The notes: a model not told the origin generated them from the letters alone. Counted from the first letter of the stretch, positions 16,394 through 25,681 are shown. The stretch is DNA of 64,000 nucleotides from Fibrobacterota bacterium (GCA_003165595.1 PLWQ01000006.1:69061-133060), one strand, 5' to 3'. Numbers and translations are program-made.

Positions 16394-17371
16394 ATGCGCC
16401 CGATTACCCTGTCCTTTCTTTTCTGTCTGCTTCCCGCGGCAATTGCCGCAAACACAATCCATGTTCCTCACGATTACGCATTGCTGCAATCTGCGGTTGA
16501 CGCATCTGCAGCCCGCGATACGATCGTCTGCGATAGTGTCAAGGACCCGGATTCGATAAGGATCATGGGCAAAACCAACCTGGTGGTTCAGGGCGTGTTA
16601 CCGGTCGGCAGCACAAGAATCACCACAGTCATGTTCATCAAAAACAGCTCCTGTGCCTTGGAGAACCTCTCTTTTGCCGGCGCAAAGGGATATGACGGCA
16701 GCAACAATAACAGCTGTAAAAGCGCTCCCGGGCTCGACGGAAGACCCGGAGCAGACGCGATTGTCCTGGACAGTTCAACCGTTGCCGTTACGGGGTGCAC
16801 TGCAAGGGGCGGCGACGGCGGATCCTACGGGATAAGCTACCAGAGCGGCATGCTGTGCCTCTGCGGGTCAAAAGGAATACCGGGAACCGCGCTTAAAGCG
16901 CATCATTCGACGGTCTACCTGGAAAACGATTCCCTGTTGTCAGGAACATGCGCCGGCACCTCGATCGCCGGCTGCTTCACCAATACCTGCACGGTGCAGG
17001 GTTTCGGCTGCACGGGCCTGGAAGGGACGGAGATTGACACGAGCCGGTCGATCATAAGTTCCATCAGCCTGGACTCGTCATCGACCGCCGGGCCGGCCGC
17101 AACCCCGGTCAATGGCCGGTATACCCCCCACTTTGCACCGTTGCGGCATCGCGTGCTGGTGTCCGCATCCGGCTTTCTTGCAATTCCGGATGATATCAGG
17201 GCGCCGTATTCCGTTTCTGTTTTCAATGCAAGGGGAAGTCTGGTGTGGTACCGGAACCGTGTTGCTTCACGGCAATGCAATTTTGCAAACCAGCTCGGCC
17301 GGGGGATCTACATGGTTTGTGTGCAATCGGCTCATGTGAAAATCTCGGGCAGGTGGGTGAATTCCCGATAG
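16394..17371 (+). CDS. Secreted Cys/Gly-rich protein with a T9SS-type C-terminal domain
   Basis: ORF 16307..17371. I place the start at ATG 16394, after GGAGGA. It has a signal peptide, MRPITLSFLFCLLPAAIAA. The C-terminal ~70 aa (YSVSVFNARGSLVWYRN...GIYMVCVQSAHVKISGRWV) resemble a Por secretion tail. Confidence 0.6.
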   Translation: MRPITLSFLFCLLPAAIAANTIHVPHDYALLQSAVDASAARDTIVCDSVKDPDSIRIMGKTNLVVQGVLPVGSTRITTVMFIKNSSCALENLSFAGAKGYDGSNNNSCKSAPGLDGRPGADAIVLDSSTVAVTGCTARGGDGGSYGISYQSGMLCLCGSKGIPGTALKAHHSTVYLENDSLLSGTCAGTSIAGCFTNTCTVQGFGCTGLEGTEIDTSRSIISSISLDSSSTAGPAATPVNGRYTPHFAPLRHRVLVSASGFLAIPDDIRAPYSVSVFNARGSLVWYRNRVASRQCNFANQLGRGIYMVCVQSAHVKISGRWVNSR

Positions 17372-17546
17372 AAGTCTTTGAATTACCGATTGAACGCACG
17401 GGCAAAACTATCAAAAGGAAACGGCGGAAAATGAAAGAAGCAAATCCTGTAAATATCAAAGAGATGAACTTCGTTCAATTGTTTGAACAGATTTCTCCGG
17501 AAGAGATAAGCGACAAAGTACGCTTTGCAATTGTGGCAATAAGCTT

Positions 17547-17690
17547 CTGCCCAACGTTAGGTGGACCGAAGGGTGCGCGAGAGCGCAGGGCTGCCTGACC
17601 GCGGCCAGAGGCCGTGGCGGCAGGCAGCACCGAGGCCTTGGCCGAGCCCGCAGGGAGACCGGCCCCGCGGAGCGGGGCAACGCCCAATTT
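17547..17690 (+). repeat. GC-rich structured intergenic element, full copy 5 (reference copy)
   Basis: Head CTGCCCAACGTTAGGTGGACCGAAGG; P1 TGCGC-GAGA-GCGCA; P2 outer GCTGCCTG (17590-17597) / CAGGCAGC (17621-17628), with inner CCGCGGCC-AGAG-GGCCGTGG; then CACCGAGGCC and GCCGAGCCCGCAGGGAGACCGGCC; tail hairpin CCCCGC-GGA-GCGGGG; end CAACGCCCAATTT. Confidence 0.88.
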
Positions 17691-17833
17691 CTTATCTTGT
17701 TATTGCAGCGGGGCACCCGGATCTATTTTTTGATCTCCCTGCACCCGCTCAGCAAACCAAAGCTGCATTTAATTCTATTTTCTCTGTGTCCTCTGTGTCT
17801 CTGTGGTGAATTTCCGGTATTAGAGGAGCCCGC

Positions 17834-18265
17834 ATGAATTCAAAAAAATATCCCCTCCCCTCTTTTCTTTCGGGAACATGCACCGTGGAAACCTACGAAA
17901 AATGGTTGGAAAAACGCGGTGATGAAATTCGCAAGCGAGACCTCGCTCGGGGCAAGCCGTTCGCCTTGACGTGTCAGGTGGCCTTTTACAAACAGAAAAT
18001 CCATGAAGCCGTGGCCAACAGCGGCGGCATCGACCCCTATACCGGCGAAACCCTGCGTTGGGACCTTATCGGCACATGGTACGAGGAACGCGCAAAGACC
18101 TTCGACAGGGCTTTCTTTCTTTTGCCCACGGTCGACCATACCGACCCGGAGGCCGCGGTGCTGGATTTCGAAATATGCTCGTGGCTGGTCAACACTTGCA
18201 AGAACCTCCTGAATCCAAACGAGTTCGTTGCGTTCTGCGGGAAGGTGGTGGAGTACCGGAAATAG
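17834..18265 (+). CDS. Hypothetical protein, possible degenerate HNH-like fold
   Basis: 143 aa with RBS GAGGAG. The segment LLPTVDHTDPEAAVLDFEICSWLVNTCKNLL loosely recalls the DH...N...CxxxN..K of HNH nucleases. No firm family assignment. Confidence 0.55.
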   Translation: MNSKKYPLPSFLSGTCTVETYEKWLEKRGDEIRKRDLARGKPFALTCQVAFYKQKIHEAVANSGGIDPYTGETLRWDLIGTWYEERAKTFDRAFFLLPTVDHTDPEAAVLDFEICSWLVNTCKNLLNPNEFVAFCGKVVEYRK

Positions 18266-18656
18266 CAGCGCCACAAACCTGCCCGATTCTTCTCGGTAAA
18301 CACAATCCAAACCAATCGCGTTCTCGGAGCATCCTTGATCGTTCACAGATTGCAAAGACTAGAATCTACCAAGCATTGGACGCGAGGTTGCCTTCAGCCT
18401 GTGCTTTGATGCCCCTCTCATTGTCTTCGCTTCGCTCGCGGTGCAACGCAGGCAATCAAGCCACCACATTCTTTGATCAAATGTCATGCGCAATAGGTTG
18501 GAACGCGCAGCGCGGGCCGCCACTTCTCTGGACGCGAGGGAAGAACTCTGCATTTTACCAGGCGACTAATTCAGTATTTTATTCCCCGATTCAATTATTT
18601 TATAACACTATGTGAACTGCATCTCATGATTACCAACACGGCAAGGAGCCATATCT

Positions 18657-20159
18657 ATGTCTTTCAAAGAAATCAATTTTGGCTATATCTCTGCTGAAGC
18701 CGAACGCGCAGAATCGCCCAACTTGATTATAGATGGATATTTTGATCCTGCCAACTGGATTGAAGATATCCTTAACAAAAGCATGTTTCTCATTTTGGGT
18801 TACAAAGGGACAGGAAAATCCGCCTTGATCAATCGAATCGATTTTGACAACAAATACGACAAGTTTTATACTTTTATTAGCCTGGATAATTTTCCATTTA
18901 CAGATTTCTTTTCGCAGGTATACAAAAACGACGACCTAAGCAAGGACGCCATTCTTCCCGATAGCTGGGCCTGGCTCATTTTGCTTCAGATAGTATGGTC
19001 ACTGCAAAAAGATCCCAACAAAGTCAACAATAGCAGATTTGACAAATTGGTTCACGGGCTTAAAGAAAACGGCTTTTCATCGCCAAATAAATTCAGTGAT
19101 CTCCTGATCCAAACGAAAGAAAACAAGTTTATTGTGCATGGACCCAGTATTGAATTAAATCCCGCTCTCGGCGTCGAATCTGATTTGACTCTATTCAAAT
19201 TTGAATCCAATTTAGCAAGGGACAAAACCGAAATCTCTCTGGACAGGCTCATTCTATTTACCAAACAAGTGATTGCCGAGCAAACGTCCATCAATCAACA
19301 TATCCTTTTTATTGATGGACTTGATCGAGCCATTTATGGCGGCGAAGATACGTATTCGTCTATCGCCACCTTAATCACTGAAAGTCTAAAACTAAACCAG
19401 TTCTTTCGTGAATCCAATGTTCCCATCAAAATTGTGATCGCTTGCCGCACTGATCTTTTTGGTAAGCTGTCCATCATTAATCGCAACTCAATTCTAAATA
19501 CGTACTCAATACCGCTTATATGGCACAACGACTTTAGGGATTATTCGAATTGCAATCTAAACAAACTTGTAAATTTCAGAGCCAAATTATCTTTGTCCAA
19601 GGAGGTTGATGTTTTTCGTGATTATTTTCCGGACGAATTTACATTGGACAATAATTCAACCGGCAAGACTTTTACACACAAGACAATCGTCTACATTTAT
19701 TGGCATACGCGCAACACTCCTCGCGACTTGCTTATGGCGTTAAAGGAAATACAAAAGGCTCACTCAATCTTCAATTCCATGGTCACATTGGATGAGATAA
19801 TCAAGGGACTTTCAAATTACTCAAGAAGCTATTTTTTGCCCGAAATAAAGGACGAACTTGGTGGTTATCTCACGACAAAGGAAGTTGACCAAGCGTTACA
19901 CATGCTACAATCGTTGTATGTGTGGTATGGTGACTATAAAGTCCTTATCAGAAGAGCAAAAGAGGCTGGTCTGGAAGAAGATCGTGCCCGTGATATTCTT
20001 TCCATTTTGTTTGAATGCAGCGCTATCGGCAATCAATTTAAGGCAGGTGATGGCGATAAAAGGCTTACCTACAAGTACTATATGCCAGAGGCAAGCTTGG
20101 ACATATCGCAGCAAATTGTCGTGCACCGAGGTTTATGGAAAGCTTTTAATTACGTATAG
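18657..20159 (+). CDS. Standalone P-loop NTPase (STAND/ORC-like), function unknown
   Basis: 500 aa. It has Walker A (LILGYKGTGKSAL), Walker B (HILFIDGLDRA) and a sensor-like TRNTPRDLLMAL. This is the most AT-rich gene in the window. RBS AAGGAG. Confidence 0.8.
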   Translation: MSFKEINFGYISAEAERAESPNLIIDGYFDPANWIEDILNKSMFLILGYKGTGKSALINRIDFDNKYDKFYTFISLDNFPFTDFFSQVYKNDDLSKDAILPDSWAWLILLQIVWSLQKDPNKVNNSRFDKLVHGLKENGFSSPNKFSDLLIQTKENKFIVHGPSIELNPALGVESDLTLFKFESNLARDKTEISLDRLILFTKQVIAEQTSINQHILFIDGLDRAIYGGEDTYSSIATLITESLKLNQFFRESNVPIKIVIACRTDLFGKLSIINRNSILNTYSIPLIWHNDFRDYSNCNLNKLVNFRAKLSLSKEVDVFRDYFPDEFTLDNNSTGKTFTHKTIVYIYWHTRNTPRDLLMALKEIQKAHSIFNSMVTLDEIIKGLSNYSRSYFLPEIKDELGGYLTTKEVDQALHMLQSLYVWYGDYKVLIRRAKEAGLEEDRARDILSILFECSAIGNQFKAGDGDKRLTYKYYMPEASLDISQQIVVHRGLWKAFNYV

Positions 20160-20227
20160 TGTTTTGAGTGAGGGATCGGAACGCCCAGTTCTATCTTCTT
20201 TGATTGCAACGGGGCGCGCGGATACAT

Positions 20228-22132
20228 ATGTCGATTGCAACAACCAGCAAATCCGATCTTCTTCTCTCCCGGCTTGAGATCATCACCCTTGTCGGTTTCT
20301 CCTTTTTCATCATTCCGCTTTCTTTTTACCCCGGCATTATCGACCCGGGCCTTTCATTGCGTTTCATTCTTCTGTCGATTCTTGTCGCGGTGCTTGCCGG
20401 TTTCCAACTCGTCCGGTCAATCGGACTTTCCGGAGAATCCGCAATCGATCCGCCGCCGTTCCTGGCGGTTTGTTGCGCGGGATACTTTGCGATCTGCCTT
20501 TTTTCCATCATTCCGTCAACCAACAAAGCCGAAGCGGTTTTCGAATCGGCAAAGGTCTTTTTGTTCTGCGCCTTGGCCTTGTTTTCCTCGATGATACTGC
20601 GGCGTTCGCCCGCCGCTTTCAATGTACTCGGCAAAGCCGCTATCGCAAGCTCGTTCTTCATTTCCCTTCTTGGCATCCTTGAGTACTGGGGCATTTTCCG
20701 CCTCATCGATAACGGCTGGGTAAGCCCGGGCGCTACCATGTTCAACAGGAATCTGCTGTCGTCCTACTTGTTCTTGTGCCTTGGTTTCCTGCTTTTTGCG
20801 GTTGTGAACTGCAAAGGACTATGGCGTTTCGCGGGTTTGGTTGCCGGAGCATCGGTCATTTACACGCTGCTGGCGACCCAGACGCGGGCGGTATGGTTCG
20901 GCTGCGGCGGCGGCGCTCTTGTTGCGCTGATCGCTGTGTTTTCGGCGCGCCCCCGGTCCATACCGGCATTCTTGCGTCGCGAGAAACCGCTGTTCCTCAC
21001 GCTTGCAATTCTGCCGCTCGTCATTGCCGCCGCAGTCACGTTTTTCAAACCGCCGGGCAGCCGGGCGCCGTCCCTTCTGGAAAGGGCGGCAACGGTGACG
21101 AACCAGAGCGTCTATTCGAACCGGGAAAGGCTGATCGTATGGCGCAAAACGGTTGCCATGATCAAAGGCCATTCGTTTCTCGGGGTCGGCGCCGGTAATT
21201 GGAAGATCGAATTTCCCAAATATGGTCTTGGTGATCTTGTACACCCCGAGTACACCGACATGTCCATTACCGAGGTCCGGCCGGGCAACGACTTTCTATG
21301 GGTCGCGGCGGAAAGCGGAGTTTTCGGATTTCTCTTCTACAGCGGGTTGTTCGTCCTCTGCGGCGTTTATGCCCTGGCCGCGCTTTTGCGCGCGTCAAAC
21401 CGAACTTCCTCGATTCTCTCCACCTCCTTGCTTTTTACGATTGCGGGATTCGCAATCATATCGTTCTTCGACTTCCCCAAAGAGCGCGTGGAGCACCTCG
21501 CCGTCTTTGCAACCATTCTTGCCGCAGCTTCATCACTCACCGTCCGGCAGCCGGACCCCGCCGGCAAGGCAGGCACCGGTCATCGGGCATTTTTTTTCGC
21601 AGCCCTTGCATGCGCCTGCGGATGCCTGTGGATCGGCGCCCTGCGCCTCAAAGGCGACATCAATGATGCCGCGATGCGATCCTTCTGGCAAAACAAGGAC
21701 TGGGAGAACACAATTAACGCGGCGGACCGCGCTTCGTCGGCTGTCTATTCGGTCGAGCCGACATCGACGCCGCTCGCTTGGTACCGGGGTGTCGCGAATT
21801 TCAACCTGGGCAACACCGACAGTGCCTTTCGCGACTTTGCACAAGCCCGTTCTTTTCATCCATGGCATCTCAACACGCTCAACGACCTGGCAGCTTGTTA
21901 CACCTTGCGAAAGGACCGGGCGAGCGCGGTTGAATGCCTGTCGGCGGCGCTAGCCGTGTCACCGTCCTTCGAACATGCCCTCGTCAATCTTGCCGCGGTC
22001 TATTACAATGCTGGACAAATGGACAGCGCTTGTAGTATAATTACGCGGTGTAAGAGCCCTCATTCCGACCCTCGGTTCGACTCATTTTACAAGGCGATTT
22101 CGCAAAAAGCAGGCAAAGGGGGATGTCCATGA
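20228..22132 (+). CDS. O-antigen ligase-like polytopic membrane protein with C-terminal TPR repeats
   Basis: ORF 20204..22132 with an internal ATG at 20228. It has about 10 TM segments. The Wzy_C-like segment reads TQTRAVWFG ... NRERLIVWRKTVAMIKGHSFLGVGAGNWKIEFPKYG. The C-terminus is TPR-like (AFRDFAQARSFHPWHLNTLNDLAACY...). Confidence 0.72.
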   Translation: MSIATTSKSDLLLSRLEIITLVGFSFFIIPLSFYPGIIDPGLSLRFILLSILVAVLAGFQLVRSIGLSGESAIDPPPFLAVCCAGYFAICLFSIIPSTNKAEAVFESAKVFLFCALALFSSMILRRSPAAFNVLGKAAIASSFFISLLGILEYWGIFRLIDNGWVSPGATMFNRNLLSSYLFLCLGFLLFAVVNCKGLWRFAGLVAGASVIYTLLATQTRAVWFGCGGGALVALIAVFSARPRSIPAFLRREKPLFLTLAILPLVIAAAVTFFKPPGSRAPSLLERAATVTNQSVYSNRERLIVWRKTVAMIKGHSFLGVGAGNWKIEFPKYGLGDLVHPEYTDMSITEVRPGNDFLWVAAESGVFGFLFYSGLFVLCGVYALAALLRASNRTSSILSTSLLFTIAGFAIISFFDFPKERVEHLAVFATILAAASSLTVRQPDPAGKAGTGHRAFFFAALACACGCLWIGALRLKGDINDAAMRSFWQNKDWENTINAADRASSAVYSVEPTSTPLAWYRGVANFNLGNTDSAFRDFAQARSFHPWHLNTLNDLAACYTLRKDRASAVECLSAALAVSPSFEHALVNLAAVYYNAGQMDSACSIITRCKSPHSDPRFDSFYKAISQKAGKGGCP

Positions 22133-24288
22133 AACGGTTTCTTCTCGCTGTTGCAGCGGCCGCATTCTTCTCACATGTCAGTTTCGGCCAGAGCCTCTCT
22201 TCCATCAATCCGTCAAGCGCCGAACCTGGCCAGGAGCTTCCCATTACCATCACCTGCTCAGGCGATAACTTCGTCACTTGCACCCAGATGACGAGCTGGA
22301 CGGTATGTAACAGCAACGTCGCCGGTGTCTACATGAGAAACGGCGACTCCCTTCTCACCGCTTCCTCGGTCTCAAACGTGCAAAGCACGTCGCTTACCGC
22401 CACCTTCGGATTCCCCTTGTCGTGCGCAACAGGCGCATGGGACGTCGGCGTGGGCCGCTCCGGCGGCACCCTGTGGCAATCGCAGGGCTTTGCGGTAAAT
22501 CCGCTTTCCGCACCGGTTCTGGATTCGATTTCGCCGAAAATGTCTCTGCAGAACAGAAGCCTTGCAATGACCATTTTCGGGACGCATACCCATTTCCGCC
22601 TGTTTCAGCAAAGCGCGTCGGTCGACAACGTCTCTGCCGCCTGGCTCAAGCGGGGTGTCGCCGCCGTCAAGGCCGACAGCGTCAGGCCGATCAATTCCTG
22701 CACGGTGCAGGCCTATTTTACTTTGTCGAGCTCCGTTGATTCCGGGCGGTACGACGTCCAGGTGGATCAGGGCGGCGGGCTCGCTTCGGCAACGCTACCG
22801 AAGGCTTTCACCGTCACATGGCCTTTTTCTCCTTCCCACCCTCTGCCGAAAGGATGCATCGCCTACTATCCCTTGGACGGCGATGCCGGCGACTACAGCA
22901 ACAACGGCAACGACGGAACGATCTACGGAGCCACTGCCGCGGACGGAGTCTACGGCGGCGCTCTCTATTTCGACGGGAGCAGCAGCTATATCTCGGTGCC
23001 CGACAATGGCGGATTTACAATTACAAACGGCCTTTCCATTTGCGCATGGATAAAACCCGAACAGGCCGACATGTGGTACCGGGTGGTGGGTAAGACAAAC
23101 TCTTCAAGCTCCAACAACGATTGGGTGTTGGGCCAGGCAATGGCAGGCGGCATCTACTTTTCAATGTGGAAAGGCGCCTCCCAGTATAACACCAACGGCG
23201 GCAATCCGTTGGTCCTCAACGCATGGAACCACATTGCCGGCACATGGGATGGCACCTGCATGAGGATCTACTACAACGGCTCGGTACAGCCCGAATCGGT
23301 CCTGGTCGCGCCGCCCATCAACAGTTCCGGCAACCCGCTCCTTATCGGCAAAATGGCGGACAACACCTATTACTTCAAGGGTGGTATCGACGAGATCATG
23401 ATATTCAACCGGGCGCTTACCGGAGCGGAAATCGACTCCATTTACAGGGGCGCCTATAGTGCAAATTCCAAGGCCGATTCCACAATACCCGTTCTCATTC
23501 CCTGTGAGCCGAAGGTAACGCTCAACCTTCGTCCCTCATTTGCGTGGCACAAGGTGACCGGTGCGGCAGTCTACACGCTGGCAGTCGCTACCGACCTCGC
23601 ATTTGCCAACATAGTGCTCCAAACGCCGCTTTCCGATACGTCATATGCGTCCCTGGCGAACATGCCGTTGGGCACGATTTTCTGGCGCGTCAAGTCCGAT
23701 CTCAATACGCGGTGGTCGCCATACGACAAATTCGTCATTCAATCGGACACGGTGCCGTACCTGGTCCGTTTCAACGGTGACACCGTGGAGTCGAAGCGGC
23801 CCAGGTTTATCTGGAACAAGGTTGCAAAGGCAACCGCCTACAGGGTCGAAATCGCCTCATCCCAGACATTTACGCCCAACCTCGTGTCCACTTTGTGCCA
23901 GGACACTTTCTTCCTTCCTCTCGTAGATATGACGCAAGGAACCTATTTCTGGCATGTAAGCTGCGACCGGAATTACGAGATCTATTGCGCTCCGGACAGC
24001 CTTGCGGTCGGTTCATCAGTGCACATCATCGGTACGGGCCGGGCCGTGCGGCAGGACGGCTTTCTGGGACGGTTTGCATCTTTGATCGGCCGAGCATCCG
24101 GATTGGAGCTGTGGATATATGAACCCAATGGGAAAAGGGCGGCCGTCATACCCTCTGTCAACCTGCGGCCCGGCATTGCGGAAACGCTCAAGGCTTCCGG
24201 CGTCAGGCTCCCCTCCGGCGTATACCTGGCCGTGTTAAAAATGAGCGGCGTAACCGTGGCGATGAAGAAATTTGCGAAAGGCCAATAG
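22123..24288 (+). CDS. Secreted LamG/concanavalin-like domain protein with a T9SS-type C-terminal domain
   Basis: 721 aa with a signal peptide, MSMKRFLLAVAAAAFFSHVSFG. The LamG core reads YYPLDGDAGDYSNNGNDGTIYGA...ALYFDGSSSYISVPD...NAWNHIAGTWDG...GGIDEIMIFNRALTGAEIDSIY. The C-terminal tail reads GVYLAVLKMSGVTVAMKKF. Its start overlaps the preceding gene by 10 nt. Confidence 0.8.
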   Translation: MSMKRFLLAVAAAAFFSHVSFGQSLSSINPSSAEPGQELPITITCSGDNFVTCTQMTSWTVCNSNVAGVYMRNGDSLLTASSVSNVQSTSLTATFGFPLSCATGAWDVGVGRSGGTLWQSQGFAVNPLSAPVLDSISPKMSLQNRSLAMTIFGTHTHFRLFQQSASVDNVSAAWLKRGVAAVKADSVRPINSCTVQAYFTLSSSVDSGRYDVQVDQGGGLASATLPKAFTVTWPFSPSHPLPKGCIAYYPLDGDAGDYSNNGNDGTIYGATAADGVYGGALYFDGSSSYISVPDNGGFTITNGLSICAWIKPEQADMWYRVVGKTNSSSSNNDWVLGQAMAGGIYFSMWKGASQYNTNGGNPLVLNAWNHIAGTWDGTCMRIYYNGSVQPESVLVAPPINSSGNPLLIGKMADNTYYFKGGIDEIMIFNRALTGAEIDSIYRGAYSANSKADSTIPVLIPCEPKVTLNLRPSFAWHKVTGAAVYTLAVATDLAFANIVLQTPLSDTSYASLANMPLGTIFWRVKSDLNTRWSPYDKFVIQSDTVPYLVRFNGDTVESKRPRFIWNKVAKATAYRVEIASSQTFTPNLVSTLCQDTFFLPLVDMTQGTYFWHVSCDRNYEIYCAPDSLAVGSSVHIIGTGRAVRQDGFLGRFASLIGRASGLELWIYEPNGKRAAVIPSVNLRPGIAETLKASGVRLPSGVYLAVLKMSGVTVAMKKFAKGQ

Positions 24289-24866
24289 GGATAATATACC
24301 AAACGTCACATTTCGAACACCGCTCCATGGTCAAAAACCTCAGATCTTGAGGATTCAGCATCATTGCCAAAGAACACCAGAGGGATGGTGCAAAGCTGCA
24401 AAAATCCTCGTCTTCTTCATATTTTACGTCACCACACTCACACATTGTACCTTTATACCAACGACTTGCATAGTTTTGAACTGATTGCCTTCTGCGAATA
24501 CGGTTTCCGGGAATCGACGATTCAGGGCAAAGCCTAGTTTACCGTCATCGCCGGGCAAGATGGATTCTAGACCCGTTACCGTGCGTTTGGGGGAATAGGA
24601 TTTCCGCAGAGTCGAATCAAAGCGAAGAGCGGTGCGCGCAAGGAAAAGAAACGCTCACCGAGTGGCTTGAATCGCGCAGAAGGCAGCAACCATCTTGATT
24701 TTCACTCTCGCTTCTCGATTCTCACTCCTTTCTCTGAATTATGGTAGCTTATTTGCCTCCCGCCTCATCCCAAGTCGCTTAATTGCAACCCTTCGCAAAC
24801 CAGTTCACCCGTTGGCATTATCTCCAACACATTGATTTATAGCGTACTCAATCATCTCCCCCTTTT

Positions 24867-24882
24867 TGGCACGCAGATTGTT
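24867..24882 (+). promoter_or_regulatory. Weak sigma-54-like element
   Basis: Reads TGGCAC-GCAGA-TTGTT, with a -12 box of TTGT instead of TTGC. It lies ~100 nt upstream of ATG 24979. Confidence 0.25.
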
Positions 24883-24978
24883 TTACTTTACATCGAACAT
24901 ACAACCCGGGAAATAGCTTGAGTATGTTCACACCTGATACACTGTTTTTTAAACAATCAAATTTTAAGGAGTGACGGT

Positions 24979-25503
24979 ATGAGTTCCGCAATTTTTACCA
25001 ACGGTATTAATGCATATCAGGTTTCCAGAATCCTCTATGCCGGATCGGTCACCCAGATTCCGGAGGAACGTCGACAGAATGGAAACACGCATTCCTTCAA
25101 GATCACCACGGGGTTGGGAACGGTTTTTTGTCATTACAAAGACGAAGAAACCGCTAGAAAATCCCGCGGCGCATTGGCGGGGATGCTCGACGCCGCAAGG
25201 CCCAACGCATTCAAACACGGGTTTGAATACCTGGATCCGTCGCGCGTCGTGTCGTTCAGCAGTGTTCTCCAGTTCAAAAAGCCGCTCGGCGCATATACGC
25301 ACGGCTTTGTCGTTCGGATGGAGACGGTGGACGAGAAGAGCCAGGAGGTGTGGTTCAGGTACAAAACGGAAGACCATGCCCAAAAAGGCCGAAAGGCCCT
25401 GTGGGCAACGTTGCATCATGTAAACGGTTCATCCGCTCCTGCGGACAAGGAACCTGCACTTGCAGCGCAGCAGCCCGTTTCTTCGAACGGTTTGCCCTTC
25501 TAG
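24979..25503 (+). CDS. Hypothetical protein built from two copies of an ~80-aa unit
   Basis: 174 aa with RBS AAGGAG. Internal repeat: THSFKITTGLGTVFCHYKDEETARKSRGAL versus THGFVVRMETVDEKSQEVWFRYKTEDHAQKGRKAL, and NGINAYQVSRILYAGSVTQI versus HGFEYLDPSRVVSFSSVLQF. Confidence 0.55.
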   Translation: MSSAIFTNGINAYQVSRILYAGSVTQIPEERRQNGNTHSFKITTGLGTVFCHYKDEETARKSRGALAGMLDAARPNAFKHGFEYLDPSRVVSFSSVLQFKKPLGAYTHGFVVRMETVDEKSQEVWFRYKTEDHAQKGRKALWATLHHVNGSSAPADKEPALAAQQPVSSNGLPF

Positions 25504-25540
25504 GTTGTATCTGAAAAGCAGGGGTCCCTGGAGTGAAATG

Positions 25541-25576
25541 AATGCCGCCTTTCCATGGAGGGCGGCATTTTCTATT
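25541..25576 (+). terminator. Rho-independent terminator
   Basis: 9-bp stem AATGCCGCC / GGCGGCATT followed by TTCTATT. It lies between convergent genes. Confidence 0.7.
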
Positions 25577-25681
25577 ACAAATCACATTTGACATATTGCG
25601 AAAATCAAGGCCAAATGGGCGTTTCCCCGCTGCTAAGCTTGTTTTCAAAGCCACGGCCTATGGCAGTGGTTGTTTACGTTC

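Noticed and set aside
17551-17565. Integron attC interpretation of the GC-rich element (AACGTTAGGT contains a GTTRRRY-like core next to an RYYYAAC-like GCCCAAC)
   Set aside because: The two element ends are not complementary, so there is no R''/R' pairing. The core-like words are adjacent rather than at opposite ends. The copies sit between housekeeping genes in both orientations, and no integrase is present.
17560-17640. Resemblance of GGTGGACCGAAGGGTGCGCGAGAGCGCA to the RNase P RNA specificity-domain segment (GGGTGAAAGGGTGCGGTAAGAGCGCA)
   Set aside because: The universal GAGGAAAGTCC (P4) and other RNase P cores are absent. The element is multi-copy, and other copies diverge at exactly these positions. 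The similarity is most likely a coincidental GC hairpin.
24425-24660. 78-codon open frame on the minus strand (…TVTGLESILPGDDGKLGFALNRRFPETVFAEGNQFKTMQVVGIKVQ)
   Set aside because: It has no start codon before the last third and no recognisable family. An open frame of this length is expected by chance at this GC content. It may be a gene relic, but that cannot be supported.
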